From assembly GCA_963796275.1 (NCBI GenBank), contig CAWCKY010000003.1, positions 256,001-320,000 of the forward strand: 64,000 nucleotides of DNA, written 5' to 3'. The notes below the pieces were generated by a model, which did not search any database, had not been told where the DNA came from, and saw only the letters and a program-made list of their open reading frames with translations. Source of the stretch: an uncultured Acidobacteriota bacterium (GTDB lineage: Bacteria; Acidobacteriota; Blastocatellia; RBC074). Each line of letters begins with the position of its first letter. Position 1 is the stretch's first letter. Shown here one piece after another: positions 28,487-38,790 of this stretch. Both the position numbers and the translations under genes were made by a program.

Positions 28487-29434
28487 ATGTCAAACGTCTT
28501 GATTATGAATAACCACCCGATTCCACGACTCGATCGCGAAGAAAAACTGCGCGAAAACCTTTTAGGATTCTGCCGTCTCAAACCCGGTCAGGTCTGGTGC
28601 GATCCGCAAAACGGCCACCGCGTCGGCTGTCTCGATGCGTCCTCGCCCGCCGATGTCATGACCTTATGTCGAAATGACAGGGCTGCGATAGCGATCCACG
28701 ACCTGCCCTACAACTTCATCGCCTTCGAACAAAAACGCATCGACGAATTCATTTCATGGTGCAGGAAAGTTGTGCAGAACACCTCCGATGTTTTGGCCGA
28801 TTCTAGCAGCCTCTACCTCTGGATAGGCGCCGATCAGAAGAACGGGTTCGCTCCTTTGCCGGAGTTGATGCTCATGATGCGTGAGACGGGATTCGCCTCG
28901 CGCAGCTTTATCACGCTCCGCAATCAACGGGGCTATGGTACCCAGCACAATTGGATGAGTGTACGACAGGAACTGCTCTACTACACCAAAGGTAGACCGC
29001 AGTTCAATCCGCAATACACGGATATTCCAAAGGCGGTTAAAGGATATTATAAAAATGTCAACGGCCATTTGACTGAAAACACCGCCCGCGGGCGCGGCGA
29101 GACCATCCGCGCGGGCAATGTGTGGATAGATATCCAGCAGGTCTTCTATCGAATGGAGGAGAACGTCAACGGCTGTTATGCTCAGAAACCTCTAAAAGCG
29201 ATCGAACGAATAATCGATGCCAGTTCATCGGCCGGTGAGGTTGTGATAGATTTCTTTTCGCATTCCGGTACGACATTGCTCGCGGCTGAAGTGAAGGGAC
29301 GTAGATGTCTGACGATGGACATCGATCCGGTTTTCTGTGAGATAACGATCAGACGCCTGGAGCATTTCCGGCAGACGGGGCAAATGGGATGGCAGAACAG
29401 CAATCCTTTCGTCGCAGAGTTAATTGGAGAATAA
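28487..29434 (+). CDS. orphan N6/N4 DNA methyltransferase (beta class)
   Basis: Motif IV-like DLPY, QKP...ERII, motif I-like DFFSHSGTT; corresponds to the 3' part of the 705-aa track ORF. Confidence 0.8.
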   Translation: MSNVLIMNNHPIPRLDREEKLRENLLGFCRLKPGQVWCDPQNGHRVGCLDASSPADVMTLCRNDRAAIAIHDLPYNFIAFEQKRIDEFISWCRKVVQNTSDVLADSSSLYLWIGADQKNGFAPLPELMLMMRETGFASRSFITLRNQRGYGTQHNWMSVRQELLYYTKGRPQFNPQYTDIPKAVKGYYKNVNGHLTENTARGRGETIRAGNVWIDIQQVFYRMEENVNGCYAQKPLKAIERIIDASSSAGEVVIDFFSHSGTTLLAAEVKGRRCLTMDIDPVFCEITIRRLEHFRQTGQMGWQNSNPFVAELIGE

Positions 29435-29490
29435 GTTTTTAGTTTTCAGTTGCTGAGCAGTCACAACTGAAAACTGAAAACTGAAAACTA
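29434..29490. repeat. inverted heptamer arms with a GCTGAGCAGTCAC core
   Basis: agttttttagttttcagtt-gctgagcagtcac-aactgaaaactgaaaactgaaaact. Confidence 0.88.
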
Positions 29491-29495
29491 CTCAG

Positions 29496-30437
29496 ATGGA
29501 TAAATCTAAAGACGGTCGATCAGTGAATTCCTGGCAATCAGATGCGGCGTTGATCTCCCTGGCTTTGATGTGGGGGACATCGCACGTCGTCACCAAAGAT
29601 ATATTGGCAACCCATTCTCCGGCATTTTATACGAGCGCGCGGTTTGGGATCGCTTCGGTCTGCTTTGGGATACTGTTTGCCCGCCACCTACGGCAGAGCA
29701 AGAGGAGCGAGATTGTTCAAGGCGTACTTCTGGGATTATGCAGTTTCGCTGGCATCGCATTCTATGTCACGGGATTGGTCTTCACTCAGGCTTCGAAAGC
29801 GGGCTTCATTACGGGTCTATATCTCGTTTTCACTCCAATACTTGCCTACCTGCTATTCCGCTCGCGACCGACACGGGATCACCTGACGGGGCTTGCGATA
29901 GCAATACTCGGATTTGCGCTGCTCAGCTACCCGCGCGGGGGCGAGTCGGTAAATTTGGGAGATATCCTGGTCTTGTTGGCTGCCTTTGCTTGGGCTGGTC
30001 ACATAGCCGCGACCAGCGCTTTTGCGAGGCAGAGCGATGTGCGCACGCTGGCGGCGGTTCAGGTGATGACCGTCGCGCTTCTGGCGATTTCGGTCAACCT
30101 CATTTTGAGGCAGTTCGGCTTGGAGACGAAGCCAAATCCGATCGACTGGCAGTTCGCGGTGCAGATCGGTTATATGGCCATTATGGTCACCGTGATTGCG
30201 GCGCTGGTTCAGACCTGGGCGCAAGGGCGGGTCTCTTCGACTCATGCCGCGGTCTACTATGCGCTCGAACCGGTGACCGCGGCTGTTTTCGCTTATATCA
30301 TTTTCGCTGAAAAACTTGACCTGATCCGCGGCCTGGGAGCGGCGCTGATCGTTGCCGGAGTGATGGTCTCGCGACTCAAACTTGCGAGTCGGGCGTCGGT
30401 AGCCGGAGGTCGGTTGCCGGTAACCGGTAGTCGGTAG
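29496..30437 (+). CDS. DMT/EamA family transporter
   Basis: About 10 TM segments; WG, ASKAGFITGL, GD and LEPV motifs. Confidence 0.88.
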   Translation: MDKSKDGRSVNSWQSDAALISLALMWGTSHVVTKDILATHSPAFYTSARFGIASVCFGILFARHLRQSKRSEIVQGVLLGLCSFAGIAFYVTGLVFTQASKAGFITGLYLVFTPILAYLLFRSRPTRDHLTGLAIAILGFALLSYPRGGESVNLGDILVLLAAFAWAGHIAATSAFARQSDVRTLAAVQVMTVALLAISVNLILRQFGLETKPNPIDWQFAVQIGYMAIMVTVIAALVQTWAQGRVSSTHAAVYYALEPVTAAVFAYIIFAEKLDLIRGLGAALIVAGVMVSRLKLASRASVAGGRLPVTGSR

Positions 30438-30568
30438 CCGGTAGTCGGTTGCCGGTAAGCGGTAGCCGGTAGCCGGTAGCCGGTTATAGCTTAGATAAAA
30501 AATCAGTTTTCAGTCAGATGTTGATAAACAACGCCAACCGCCAACCGCCAACCGCCATCCAACTACCG
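30395..30568. repeat. inverted heptamer arms (GGTAGCC/GGTTGCC/GGTAGTC)n ... (AACCGCC)n
   Basis: About 12 degenerate units at 30395-30485; reverse-type units at 30529-30568. Confidence 0.85.
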
Positions 30569-30920
30569 TTTCCCCTATACATTTCCTAAGATCTAGATAT
30601 AATTACCTCTGTCAATGCCCGTACGGTAAGCCCGGCCGTTACCCCACGAACAGCAGGAAAGCGTTAAACCTATGGCCTCGGAAAAACGTCGTTCTTGTGC
30701 TCATACTGGCTGACCGGCCCTCGTCAGTGAGTCTCTGGCTCAAAGCGGTTAAAAATTTCCGAAGAGATGTTCCGATCGGATGGGACTGCTTTGCATTAGC
30801 GCCGGAAGACAAGCATAAAGCCCATTATTAGGTTGACACTTGGATGGCAGACCACCACCCCACAGCCTGGTCGCCGTCAACATTATTAAGAGCAAGCTAG
30901 CTTGAGAGTCGAGGTGTCAA

Positions 30921-31280
30921 ATGACCAAAGTAATGATCGTAGATGATCTCGAACCTGTGCGCCGCATGCTCACTTATGCGCTAGAGGATGATTACACCAT
31001 CATGCAGGCTTCCAATGGGTTGGAAGCATTGCAGATCGCAGAGACTGAGCATCCGGACGTCATAGTCATGGACCTGGACATGCCTGTCATGGACGGGGTA
31101 GAGGCCACACGCCGTCTAAAATCAAATCCTCAACTTTCTGACATAAAGATACTGGTCGTCTCCGGACGTAACAACAGTGAAAAGTCCCGCCTGGTCAAAG
31201 ATGACTGCGATGCTTTTATCGAAAAACCTTTCGATCTCCCAAACCTGGTCGATGCCGTCAGGCGTCTCATTGTTAAATAG
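30921..31280 (+). CDS. single-domain response regulator
   Basis: VDD, phospho-acceptor D in MDLDMPVMDG, KPF; GAGG RBS. Confidence 0.92.
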   Translation: MTKVMIVDDLEPVRRMLTYALEDDYTIMQASNGLEALQIAETEHPDVIVMDLDMPVMDGVEATRRLKSNPQLSDIKILVVSGRNNSEKSRLVKDDCDAFIEKPFDLPNLVDAVRRLIVK

Positions 31281-31366
31281 AAATAGAAATAGATTTTGTT
31301 ATAAAATTTATCTGCATATGTAGGGCAGTGTCTCTATATTGCCTTGCATGTCAGAGGAGAGGAGTT

Positions 31367-32812
31367 ATGAACAAGATCAAATCCAAGTCGAGAAATGGAA
31401 AGTTAGTGCCTGTTCTGGTTCTGGTCTTGTTTCTCGCGCCCAATGCTATCAGGGCGCAGGGAACCAGGATCGATATGCCGAAGAACAGGTATACCGTCGA
31501 GCAGGATGTGGAACTTGGGCGCCAGGCGGCAAAAGAGATCGCGCAACAGATGCCGCTTTTGCCAGACAATAGCGATGCCGACAGATACGTCGAGGGTGTG
31601 GGACGAAAGCTAGTGGCTGCCGTCCCGGCTCAGTTCCGGCAACCCGCATTCAGGTATCAATTCCGCGTAGTCAATGCGCGCGACATCAACGCCTTCGCGC
31701 TGCCGGGCGGCCCGATGTTTGTCAATCGGGGCATGATCGAGGCAGCGAAAAGCGAGGGCGAGATGGCGGGAGTGATGGCCCACGAGTTGAGCCACGTCGT
31801 GCTTCGTCACGGCACAGCGCAAGCCACCAGGCAGCAGAGCGCCAAATACCAGTTGCCTGCGCTCGGAGGTGCGATCCTCGGCGCTATAATCGGCGGCAAT
31901 GTGGGCGGCATCGTAGCTCAGGGGACGCAAATGGGGGTCGGCGCTTTTCTTTTGAAATACAGCCGAGAATTCGAGAGTCAGGCCGACATCCTCGGCGCTC
32001 AAATTATGGCGAGAGCGGGCTATGACCCGCGCGATCTGGCCAACATGTTCCAGACGATAGAACGCGAGAGTGGATCGAGCGGAGCGCCTGAGTGGTTGAG
32101 CAGCCACCCCGATCCAGGCAATCGTTTTGAAGCCATCACGAAGGAAGCCGGGCGGTTGCGGATAAATAAAAATGCGGATGGGTCCGATGTCGCTACCTTC
32201 AACCGGATCAAGTCCGAGCTGCAGCGGATGCCCAAAGCCCAAACGATGGCGGAGATCGAACAGCGGGCTGCCCGTGGCGCTCAAACGGAAAGCAAACAAT
32301 ATCCCGCCGATAGCAGCATCGATAAGTACGTCGATACCCCGTCGTCGAGTTATCGCGCTTATACCGGTAGCAATATTTTTCGTTTAAATGTGCCGACCAA
32401 TTGGGAGCAGTTCGAGGGCCAGGATTCCGTAACTTTCGCACCTCGCGGGGCATACGGCAACTTCCGCGGCCAACCGGTATTCACGCACGGAACCGTCGTC
32501 GGCTTCGTCAATACGCGAACTAATAACCTCGAGAAGGCATCGGACATATACATCGGCTCGTTACTGCAGAATAACGGTTATCTCCAGCCGGAGGCCCGCT
32601 ATGTGCGGGGAAGCATCAGTAATCGGCGGGCGCTGACCATTACGCTGACCGGCAATTCACCGGTGACCGGCCGGCCTGAGCTCGTAAACGTCTATACCTC
32701 GATGCTCCGCAACGGCTGGCTATTCTATGTCATAAACGTTGTGCCGGCTCAGGACTCTGATCTATACCGGAAAGCGTTCGACGACCTGGTCCGTTCTATC
32801 GAGATAAACTGA
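31367..32812 (+). CDS. M48 family metalloprotease, secreted
   Basis: NAFALPGG, HELSH, YSREFESQAD and SSHP motifs; AGGAG RBS. Confidence 0.9.
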   Translation: MNKIKSKSRNGKLVPVLVLVLFLAPNAIRAQGTRIDMPKNRYTVEQDVELGRQAAKEIAQQMPLLPDNSDADRYVEGVGRKLVAAVPAQFRQPAFRYQFRVVNARDINAFALPGGPMFVNRGMIEAAKSEGEMAGVMAHELSHVVLRHGTAQATRQQSAKYQLPALGGAILGAIIGGNVGGIVAQGTQMGVGAFLLKYSREFESQADILGAQIMARAGYDPRDLANMFQTIERESGSSGAPEWLSSHPDPGNRFEAITKEAGRLRINKNADGSDVATFNRIKSELQRMPKAQTMAEIEQRAARGAQTESKQYPADSSIDKYVDTPSSSYRAYTGSNIFRLNVPTNWEQFEGQDSVTFAPRGAYGNFRGQPVFTHGTVVGFVNTRTNNLEKASDIYIGSLLQNNGYLQPEARYVRGSISNRRALTITLTGNSPVTGRPELVNVYTSMLRNGWLFYVINVVPAQDSDLYRKAFDDLVRSIEIN

Positions 32813-33001
32813 AGCAGACGAGACCATACGCCAGGGCTTGTCAGGCGAGATAATCGACGCCGACGCCTGCCACTGCCCTGGCGTCTACCCATTTGCATCA
32901 CCGTATTGGACTCATGTTATAATCCATCCTTTATTTATTTAAGAATCTGGACATAGCACTCCTGTTAACTGCCTCTACGGAGTTGGGCTCGCCCCCAAGA
33001 C

Positions 33002-34810
33002 GTGATGACAGATATTGTTCGATTACTCAAATACATCAAACCCTACCGCGTAATCTTTGCGCTCTCTGTAGTTCTGATGATCGTGACCGGGTTGCTCGAG
33101 GGGGCTACGAGTCTACTGCTGGTGCCTATATTCGATAACTTATCGGCCACGCCCAGCGTTTCATCGCGCTTCCTCAATATCACGCGCTATCTGCCCTCGG
33201 GAGATAGCTCGCAGATGATCGCAGTTTTATTGGTCGTGTTCACGCTGACAAAAGGGGTGACCGACTATTTTTCGTCTTATTCGATGAGTTACATTGGGCA
33301 GAATGTAATAGCCGATGTCCGGACCTCGCTTTACGATCACATCATTCGCCAGTCGGCATCATTTTTTACGAAGCGGCCGACCAATGAACTGACGGCTCAT
33401 CTGATGAGCGATGCGGCGATGGTCGAACGCTCCGTCTCGGAGACGCTGCGCGATCTTCTGCGGGAATCGGTCAGTTTGATCGTTTATCTTGTTATCATCT
33501 TCAGTCTCAACTGGTGGCTGGCCTCTGTGATTTTGTTGCTGGCGCCTCCGGTTGCCTATCTGACAATGACGTTTAACCGCCGGCTCCGCGGCTACCTCAA
33601 TTCGCGGCAGGAGAGCGGCGCTGAGATGCTCGATACGGCGCAGGAAGCGATCTCATCGCACCGCGTCGTGAAAGCATTCGGGATGGAGGATTACGAGAGC
33701 CAGCGCTTCGGCAGGATCGCGCGCAAGCAGATGCGCGATCAACTGAGAGCCTTCCGCATCTATTTCTTCTCGCCGATCGTGCTCGAGACCGTCGGGGTGG
33801 TAGCGTTGGCGTGTCTGTTGCTATACGCGAAGAGCAGCATCATTGCTGGCCGGATGACGCCCGGGGATTTCGTGGCGTTTCTCTTCTGCATGTTTAATAG
33901 CTACACGCCGATCCGCCGCCTGAGCCGTATGCAGTACGAGCTGCAGAACGGGCTGGCATCGGCTTCCCGCATCTTTAGCGTTTTCGATGAGCGGATGGAG
34001 ATGCCCGAAAGACCCGGAGCAGTCAGTATCGAAAGATTTGCACGTGAGATAGAATTCCGCGACGTTTCGTTCTGTTATGGCGCGGGGTTCGATCTTCCCG
34101 TTCTCGAAAATATCTCCTTCAAGGTCGCGGCGGGTGAGATGATCGCGATCGTCGGCCAGAGCGGCGCCGGAAAAAGCACACTGACAAACCTCATCCCGCG
34201 ATTTTACGATGTGAGCGGAGGCGCGGTACTGATCGACGGGCACGATGTCCGTGATTTGCAGCTCGCCTCTTTAAGAAGACAGATCGCCGTAGTCACCCAG
34301 GAAGTCCATCTCTTCAACGATACGGTGGGCGCAAATATCGCTTACGGTGCCTATGGGCGTAACGACGGCGAAGCGGTGATCAGGAAAGCGGCGCAGGCGG
34401 CTCTGGCGGACGAGTTTATCGGCAAGTTACCCGGAGGGTATGATACTGTGATAGGAGAGCGCGGCCTGATTCTTTCGGGAGGGCAGCGCCAACGCATCGC
34501 GATTGCGCGCGCGATTTTGAAAGACGCGCCGGTTTTGATTCTGGACGAAGCGACCAGCGCGCTCGATACCGAGAGCGAGATGCTGGTGCAGCAGGCCCTC
34601 AATAACCTGATGCAGGGGCGTACCACAATTGTCATCGCGCACCGGCTCTCGACAGTGCGCAGCGCGGATCGGATCATAGTCATGGACGGGGGCCGGATCG
34701 CCGAGACGGGAACGCATCAGGAATTGCTGAGCAGAGGCGGTATATACCGCCGTCTGTATGAATTGCAGTTTGAAGAAGAGGAGATTCGCATTCTGAATAG
34801 CTATGCTTAA
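33002..34810 (+). CDS. msbA: MsbA-like ABC exporter (permease plus ATPase)
   Basis: 6-TM domain plus GQSGAGKST, LSGGQRQR and LDEATSALD; extended -10 TGtTATAAT at 32915-32923. Confidence 0.75.
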   Translation: MMTDIVRLLKYIKPYRVIFALSVVLMIVTGLLEGATSLLLVPIFDNLSATPSVSSRFLNITRYLPSGDSSQMIAVLLVVFTLTKGVTDYFSSYSMSYIGQNVIADVRTSLYDHIIRQSASFFTKRPTNELTAHLMSDAAMVERSVSETLRDLLRESVSLIVYLVIIFSLNWWLASVILLLAPPVAYLTMTFNRRLRGYLNSRQESGAEMLDTAQEAISSHRVVKAFGMEDYESQRFGRIARKQMRDQLRAFRIYFFSPIVLETVGVVALACLLLYAKSSIIAGRMTPGDFVAFLFCMFNSYTPIRRLSRMQYELQNGLASASRIFSVFDERMEMPERPGAVSIERFAREIEFRDVSFCYGAGFDLPVLENISFKVAAGEMIAIVGQSGAGKSTLTNLIPRFYDVSGGAVLIDGHDVRDLQLASLRRQIAVVTQEVHLFNDTVGANIAYGAYGRNDGEAVIRKAAQAALADEFIGKLPGGYDTVIGERGLILSGGQRQRIAIARAILKDAPVLILDEATSALDTESEMLVQQALNNLMQGRTTIVIAHRLSTVRSADRIIVMDGGRIAETGTHQELLSRGGIYRRLYELQFEEEEIRILNSYA

Positions 34811-35675
34811 AAGCATGACCGGATATGGACAGGGATCTTCGAGCGGGCCGAATTTCACGGTTACGGTGGATTTGCGCTCGGTCAACAACCGGAATCTGGA
34901 CATTCACTGGCGGGCGCCGCAGGATCTGGTATCGTTGGAAATACCCTTGAAAAAACAGATTCAAGCGGCTGTTTCGCGCGGGCGCGTAGATGTGAATGTC
35001 AATCTGGTGCAGACTGCCGACGCCGCATTCGATATCAACCGCCCGTTGATTCGCGGGTACCTCGATGCGCTGCGGACGATCCGCGATGAATTCGGACTAT
35101 CGGGCGAAGCCGATCTTGCTTCCATCATCCGGATGCCCAATATTCTTATGGCGCCGGTCGGCAATTCCCCGAGTGAGGCCATCGCCCAATCCATCGAGGC
35201 GGCGATGACGCAGGCGCTGGCGGCGCTCGTCGCGATGCGTGCGGTGGAGGGCCACCAGCTGCAGAAAGAATTGATCGCTCGCGTTAATAGCATCGAAAGA
35301 CATCTGGCTGTGATCGAGGAGCATTCCACCGGCGTAATCGAGGCATACCGGGATAAGCTGAGGAAACGGATCTCCGAATTGCTGGAGAAGCCCGTCGTCG
35401 ATGAAGCTCGGCTCGCCCAGGAGGTGGCTTATCTGGCGGAGCGCAGCGATATCACGGAGGAGATCACCCGCTTGAAGAGTCACCTCGTGCAATTGCGTGA
35501 AATACTGGGAAGCGGCGGTGAGGTCGGCAAAAAGCTGGACTTTTTACTGCAGGAGGCTAACCGCGAGGCCAATACGATCCTTTCCAAGTCCTCCGAGGTC
35601 GCCGTCTGCGATTCCGCCATCGAGATAAAAACTGAGGTAGAGAGATTACGGGAACAAGCTCAGAACGTGGAATGA
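34803..35675 (+). CDS. yicC: YicC/YloC family endoribonuclease
   Basis: SMTGYG, SVNNR, DITEE..RL, GKKLDFLLQE.NRE.NT and REQAQNVE motifs. Confidence 0.93.
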   Translation: MLKSMTGYGQGSSSGPNFTVTVDLRSVNNRNLDIHWRAPQDLVSLEIPLKKQIQAAVSRGRVDVNVNLVQTADAAFDINRPLIRGYLDALRTIRDEFGLSGEADLASIIRMPNILMAPVGNSPSEAIAQSIEAAMTQALAALVAMRAVEGHQLQKELIARVNSIERHLAVIEEHSTGVIEAYRDKLRKRISELLEKPVVDEARLAQEVAYLAERSDITEEITRLKSHLVQLREILGSGGEVGKKLDFLLQEANREANTILSKSSEVAVCDSAIEIKTEVERLREQAQNVE

Positions 35676-35750
35676 AGGGTTCGGGTCTGGAATCAGCAGA
35701 GTCCTCGATTGACTAGGACTCCCGGCTTTATCAGATTTTTATCTTTTACT

Positions 35751-36389
35751 ATGAACGGAAATCTGATCATCGTTTCAGCACCATCGGGCGCCGGCAAAAC
35801 CACGCTCGTCAACGACGTGGTCAGACGCGATCCGCGTGTTAAGTCGTCGATCTCGTATACATCGCGTTCCCCGCGGGCTGGTGAAGTCGATGGCGTGGAT
35901 TATCATTTTGTCACGGTGGATATATTCGGACGGATGATCGAGCGGGGAGATTTTCTCGAGTGGGCTGAGGTCCACGGCAATCTCTACGGGTCGTCACGCC
36001 AGGCGGTCGAGGAATACCGCGCAGCGGGATTCGATGTAGTTCTCACGATCGATGTGCAGGGAGCCACGACTGCCCGCAATCTCTATCCTGAAGCCATAAA
36101 TATCTTCATTCTCGCGCCTTCTTATCAAGACCTGATTAAAAGAGTGTCGCGGCGGGGTGGAGGTTCCTCGGATGATATGAAATTGCGGATGCGGAATGCT
36201 CTGGACGAGATCAAGCAATACGATAAATTTGATTATGTCGTAATCAACGATGAGCTAAACCGCGCAACGGATGAGCTGGCGGCGATCATTCTCGCAGAGC
36301 GATGTCGTAATCAGCGTCGGAAGCAGATCGTCGAGCAAATACTACGTACTTATATCAACAAATCAGAGGCTATTGATCATGGAAAATAA
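35751..36389 (+). CDS. gmk: guanylate kinase
   Basis: APSGAGKTT, GEVDGVDYHF, EWAEVHGNLYG and IDVQG motifs. Confidence 0.96.
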   Translation: MNGNLIIVSAPSGAGKTTLVNDVVRRDPRVKSSISYTSRSPRAGEVDGVDYHFVTVDIFGRMIERGDFLEWAEVHGNLYGSSRQAVEEYRAAGFDVVLTIDVQGATTARNLYPEAINIFILAPSYQDLIKRVSRRGGGSSDDMKLRMRNALDEIKQYDKFDYVVINDELNRATDELAAIILAERCRNQRRKQIVEQILRTYINKSEAIDHGK

Positions 36390-36585
36390 AGAGAGCAACG
36401 AGCTGAAAAAGCTGTCGATCGACAGCAAGTATCGGAAGATTCTGATTGCCGCGAAGCGCAGCAAACAGATTCAGAAAGGCGCGCGCCCGCGCATCAACAT
36501 AACCGCCAAACCGACGCGCATAGCCCTGGAGGAAGTCGAGCGCGGATTGGTCAATTTCGAAGTCACTCAGGCGCTTGAGAAGTAG
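36379..36585 (+). CDS. rpoZ: RNA polymerase omega subunit
   Basis: DSKYR..L.AAKR..Q...G and KP..IALEE; gmk-rpoZ-coaBC synteny. Confidence 0.9.
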   Translation: MENKESNELKKLSIDSKYRKILIAAKRSKQIQKGARPRINITAKPTRIALEEVERGLVNFEVTQALEK

Positions 36586-36675
36586 AGCGAAATGCTGGGA
36601 GAGTGCTGAAGCGGGAGCACGGGATTCAGTAACCCCGCTCTCTCGTTGCCCCATCCCGCATTCAGAAACAGGGGA

Positions 36676-37951
36676 ATGAAGGTTTTACTCGGAGTCACAG
36701 GCTGCATTGCCGCCTACAAGGCCGCGGAAATTCTACGCGGTTTGCAAAAGGGCGGAGCGCAGGTTCGCGTTGTGATGACGAATCATGCCGACCGAGTTCA
36801 TCCGGCCTCTGACGTTCGAAGCTCTCTCGGGAGAGCCCGTGATCGTCGAGATGTTCGACCGTCCGAATTATTCGACCATCGAACACATCTCAGTCGCCCG
36901 AGAAGCGGATTTATTGCTCGTCGCTCCCGCGACTGCGAATATCATCGCAAAATTCGCGCACGGGATCTCAGACGATTTCCTTTCGACGGTCTATCTTTCC
37001 AACACCAATCCTGTCCTGATCGCGCCCGCGATGAACGTCGAGATGTGGAATCATCGAGCGACGCAGGCGAATATCGACCATTTGCGAAAGCTGGGTGTGC
37101 AGTTTGTCGACCCTGGTGAAGGGTTCCAGGCCTGCGGTGAAGTCGGCGTCGGGCGGCTGGCTGAGCCGGATGAGATCGTCCGGCGCGCTCTGGAGATCGT
37201 CCGATCGCGGATGGCCGATCGGGGATTGCGGATTGATAAAGATACTTTGGGGAAATCCGCGCTCGGTGACCCGCAACCCTCCGATTTCCTCGGAGAGCAC
37301 GTAATGATTACGGCCGGGCCGACGATAGAAGACCTCGATCCGGTGCGGTTCATCTCAAACCGCTCTTCGGGGAGGATGGGGTATGCGATGGCCGAGGCAG
37401 CGCGCGACCGCGGCGCAAGTGTGACATTGATCTCGGGTCCGGTAACAATACCGCCTCCGACGGATGTCGAAATCGTGAATGTAATGTCGGCTCGGGATAT
37501 GTATGAGGCGGTGATGAGCCGCATTTCCTGCGCTACTGTTTTCATCGGCTGCGCCGCGGTGGCGGATTTTCGCCCCGCCAGATTTTCGAAGCAAAAGATG
37601 AAGAAAGATGGGCGCGGCGCGATTTCGATCGAGCTTGAGCAGACGGAAGACATCATCGCAGCTGTCTCGGCCTATCAGAACCGCAATTTACGCATCATCG
37701 CCGGCTTTGCCGCTGAATCTCAATCGCTCCTTGAATACGCCGAAAAGAAGTTGCGAGAGAAAGATTTGGATTTGATAGTAGCGAACGATATCACGCGCGA
37801 CGACTCCGGCTTCGATGTTGAAACGAACGCTGCAACAATCATCAGACGCGACGGTTCGCGCCTGGAATTGCCCCTACAGAGCAAACGCCAGTTGGCTGGC
37901 CGCGTCCTGGATGAGGTCGCAAATTTACGGTGGGTCGTTACGAAGTCCTGA
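36676..37951 (+). CDS. coaBC: bifunctional CoaBC with an apparent +1 frameshift near 36789
   Basis: [16 protein letters not shown]...VMTNHA in one frame; TEFIRPLTF...PATAN...PAMN...[21 protein letters not shown] in another; span 1276 nt. Confidence 0.9.
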
Positions 37952-38019
37952 GATGAAGAACCTTAATCGATCGGTAACCGGTATTAGGTTTTAAGCTACA
38001 TCCGCAGCGACTCTCTTAC

Positions 38020-38790
38020 ATGAATGAAATAAATCGAGAACTGGCCGAATTGATGAGACAGGCCCGAGAGCATTTGATTTATTACAGCGAGCTCGGGATA
38101 ACAGATATAGGCGAAATCAAGAAATCCGATCCCGCTGAAATAATCATGAAAAAAGATGAGGGAAATATTGCCTCGCTCTTCGGCGAGGTCTCTGTGCCAT
38201 CGCTGGAGGTCAGACACTCCGAAGAGACGCTAGAAGATATCCGCCAGGAGATGGGCGATTGCAAACGCTGCAAGCTATGGTCGACGCGTACCAAGCTAGT
38301 TTTCGGTGAAGGTAATGCGCAGGCGGAGCTGATGTTCATCGGTGAGGGGCCGGGAGCGGATGAAGATGCGTCCGGGCGGCCATTTGTAGGGCGCGCGGGC
38401 CAATTATTGACGAAGATGATCGAGGCGATCGGGATGCAACGTGAAGAAGTCTATATCGCCAATGTGGTCAAATCGCGCCCGCCCGGCAATCGCGCGCCGG
38501 AAAAAGATGAGGTTGAGGCCTGCATCCCTTACCTCTTCCGGCAGATCGCCGCAATCCGCCCTAAGATCATTGTCGCGCTGGGTAATCCGGCCACGCAGGC
38601 GCTCTTGCAGACGAAGATCGGAATCACACAGCTTCGCGGAAAGTTTCAGGAATATCCTCGTATTCGCCAGATAAAAGTGCTGCCGACATTCCACCCGGCT
38701 TACCTGCTGCGCTCGCCCGATAAAAAACGCGAGGCCTGGGATGATTTGAAAAAGGTGAGAGATTTTCTTCGCGGCGAGATTTCTTCATGA
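38020..38790 (+). CDS. uracil-DNA glycosylase, family 4
   Basis: [22 protein letters not shown] and TFHPAYLLR motifs. Confidence 0.93.
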   Translation: MNEINRELAELMRQAREHLIYYSELGITDIGEIKKSDPAEIIMKKDEGNIASLFGEVSVPSLEVRHSEETLEDIRQEMGDCKRCKLWSTRTKLVFGEGNAQAELMFIGEGPGADEDASGRPFVGRAGQLLTKMIEAIGMQREEVYIANVVKSRPPGNRAPEKDEVEACIPYLFRQIAAIRPKIIVALGNPATQALLQTKIGITQLRGKFQEYPRIRQIKVLPTFHPAYLLRSPDKKREAWDDLKKVRDFLRGEISS

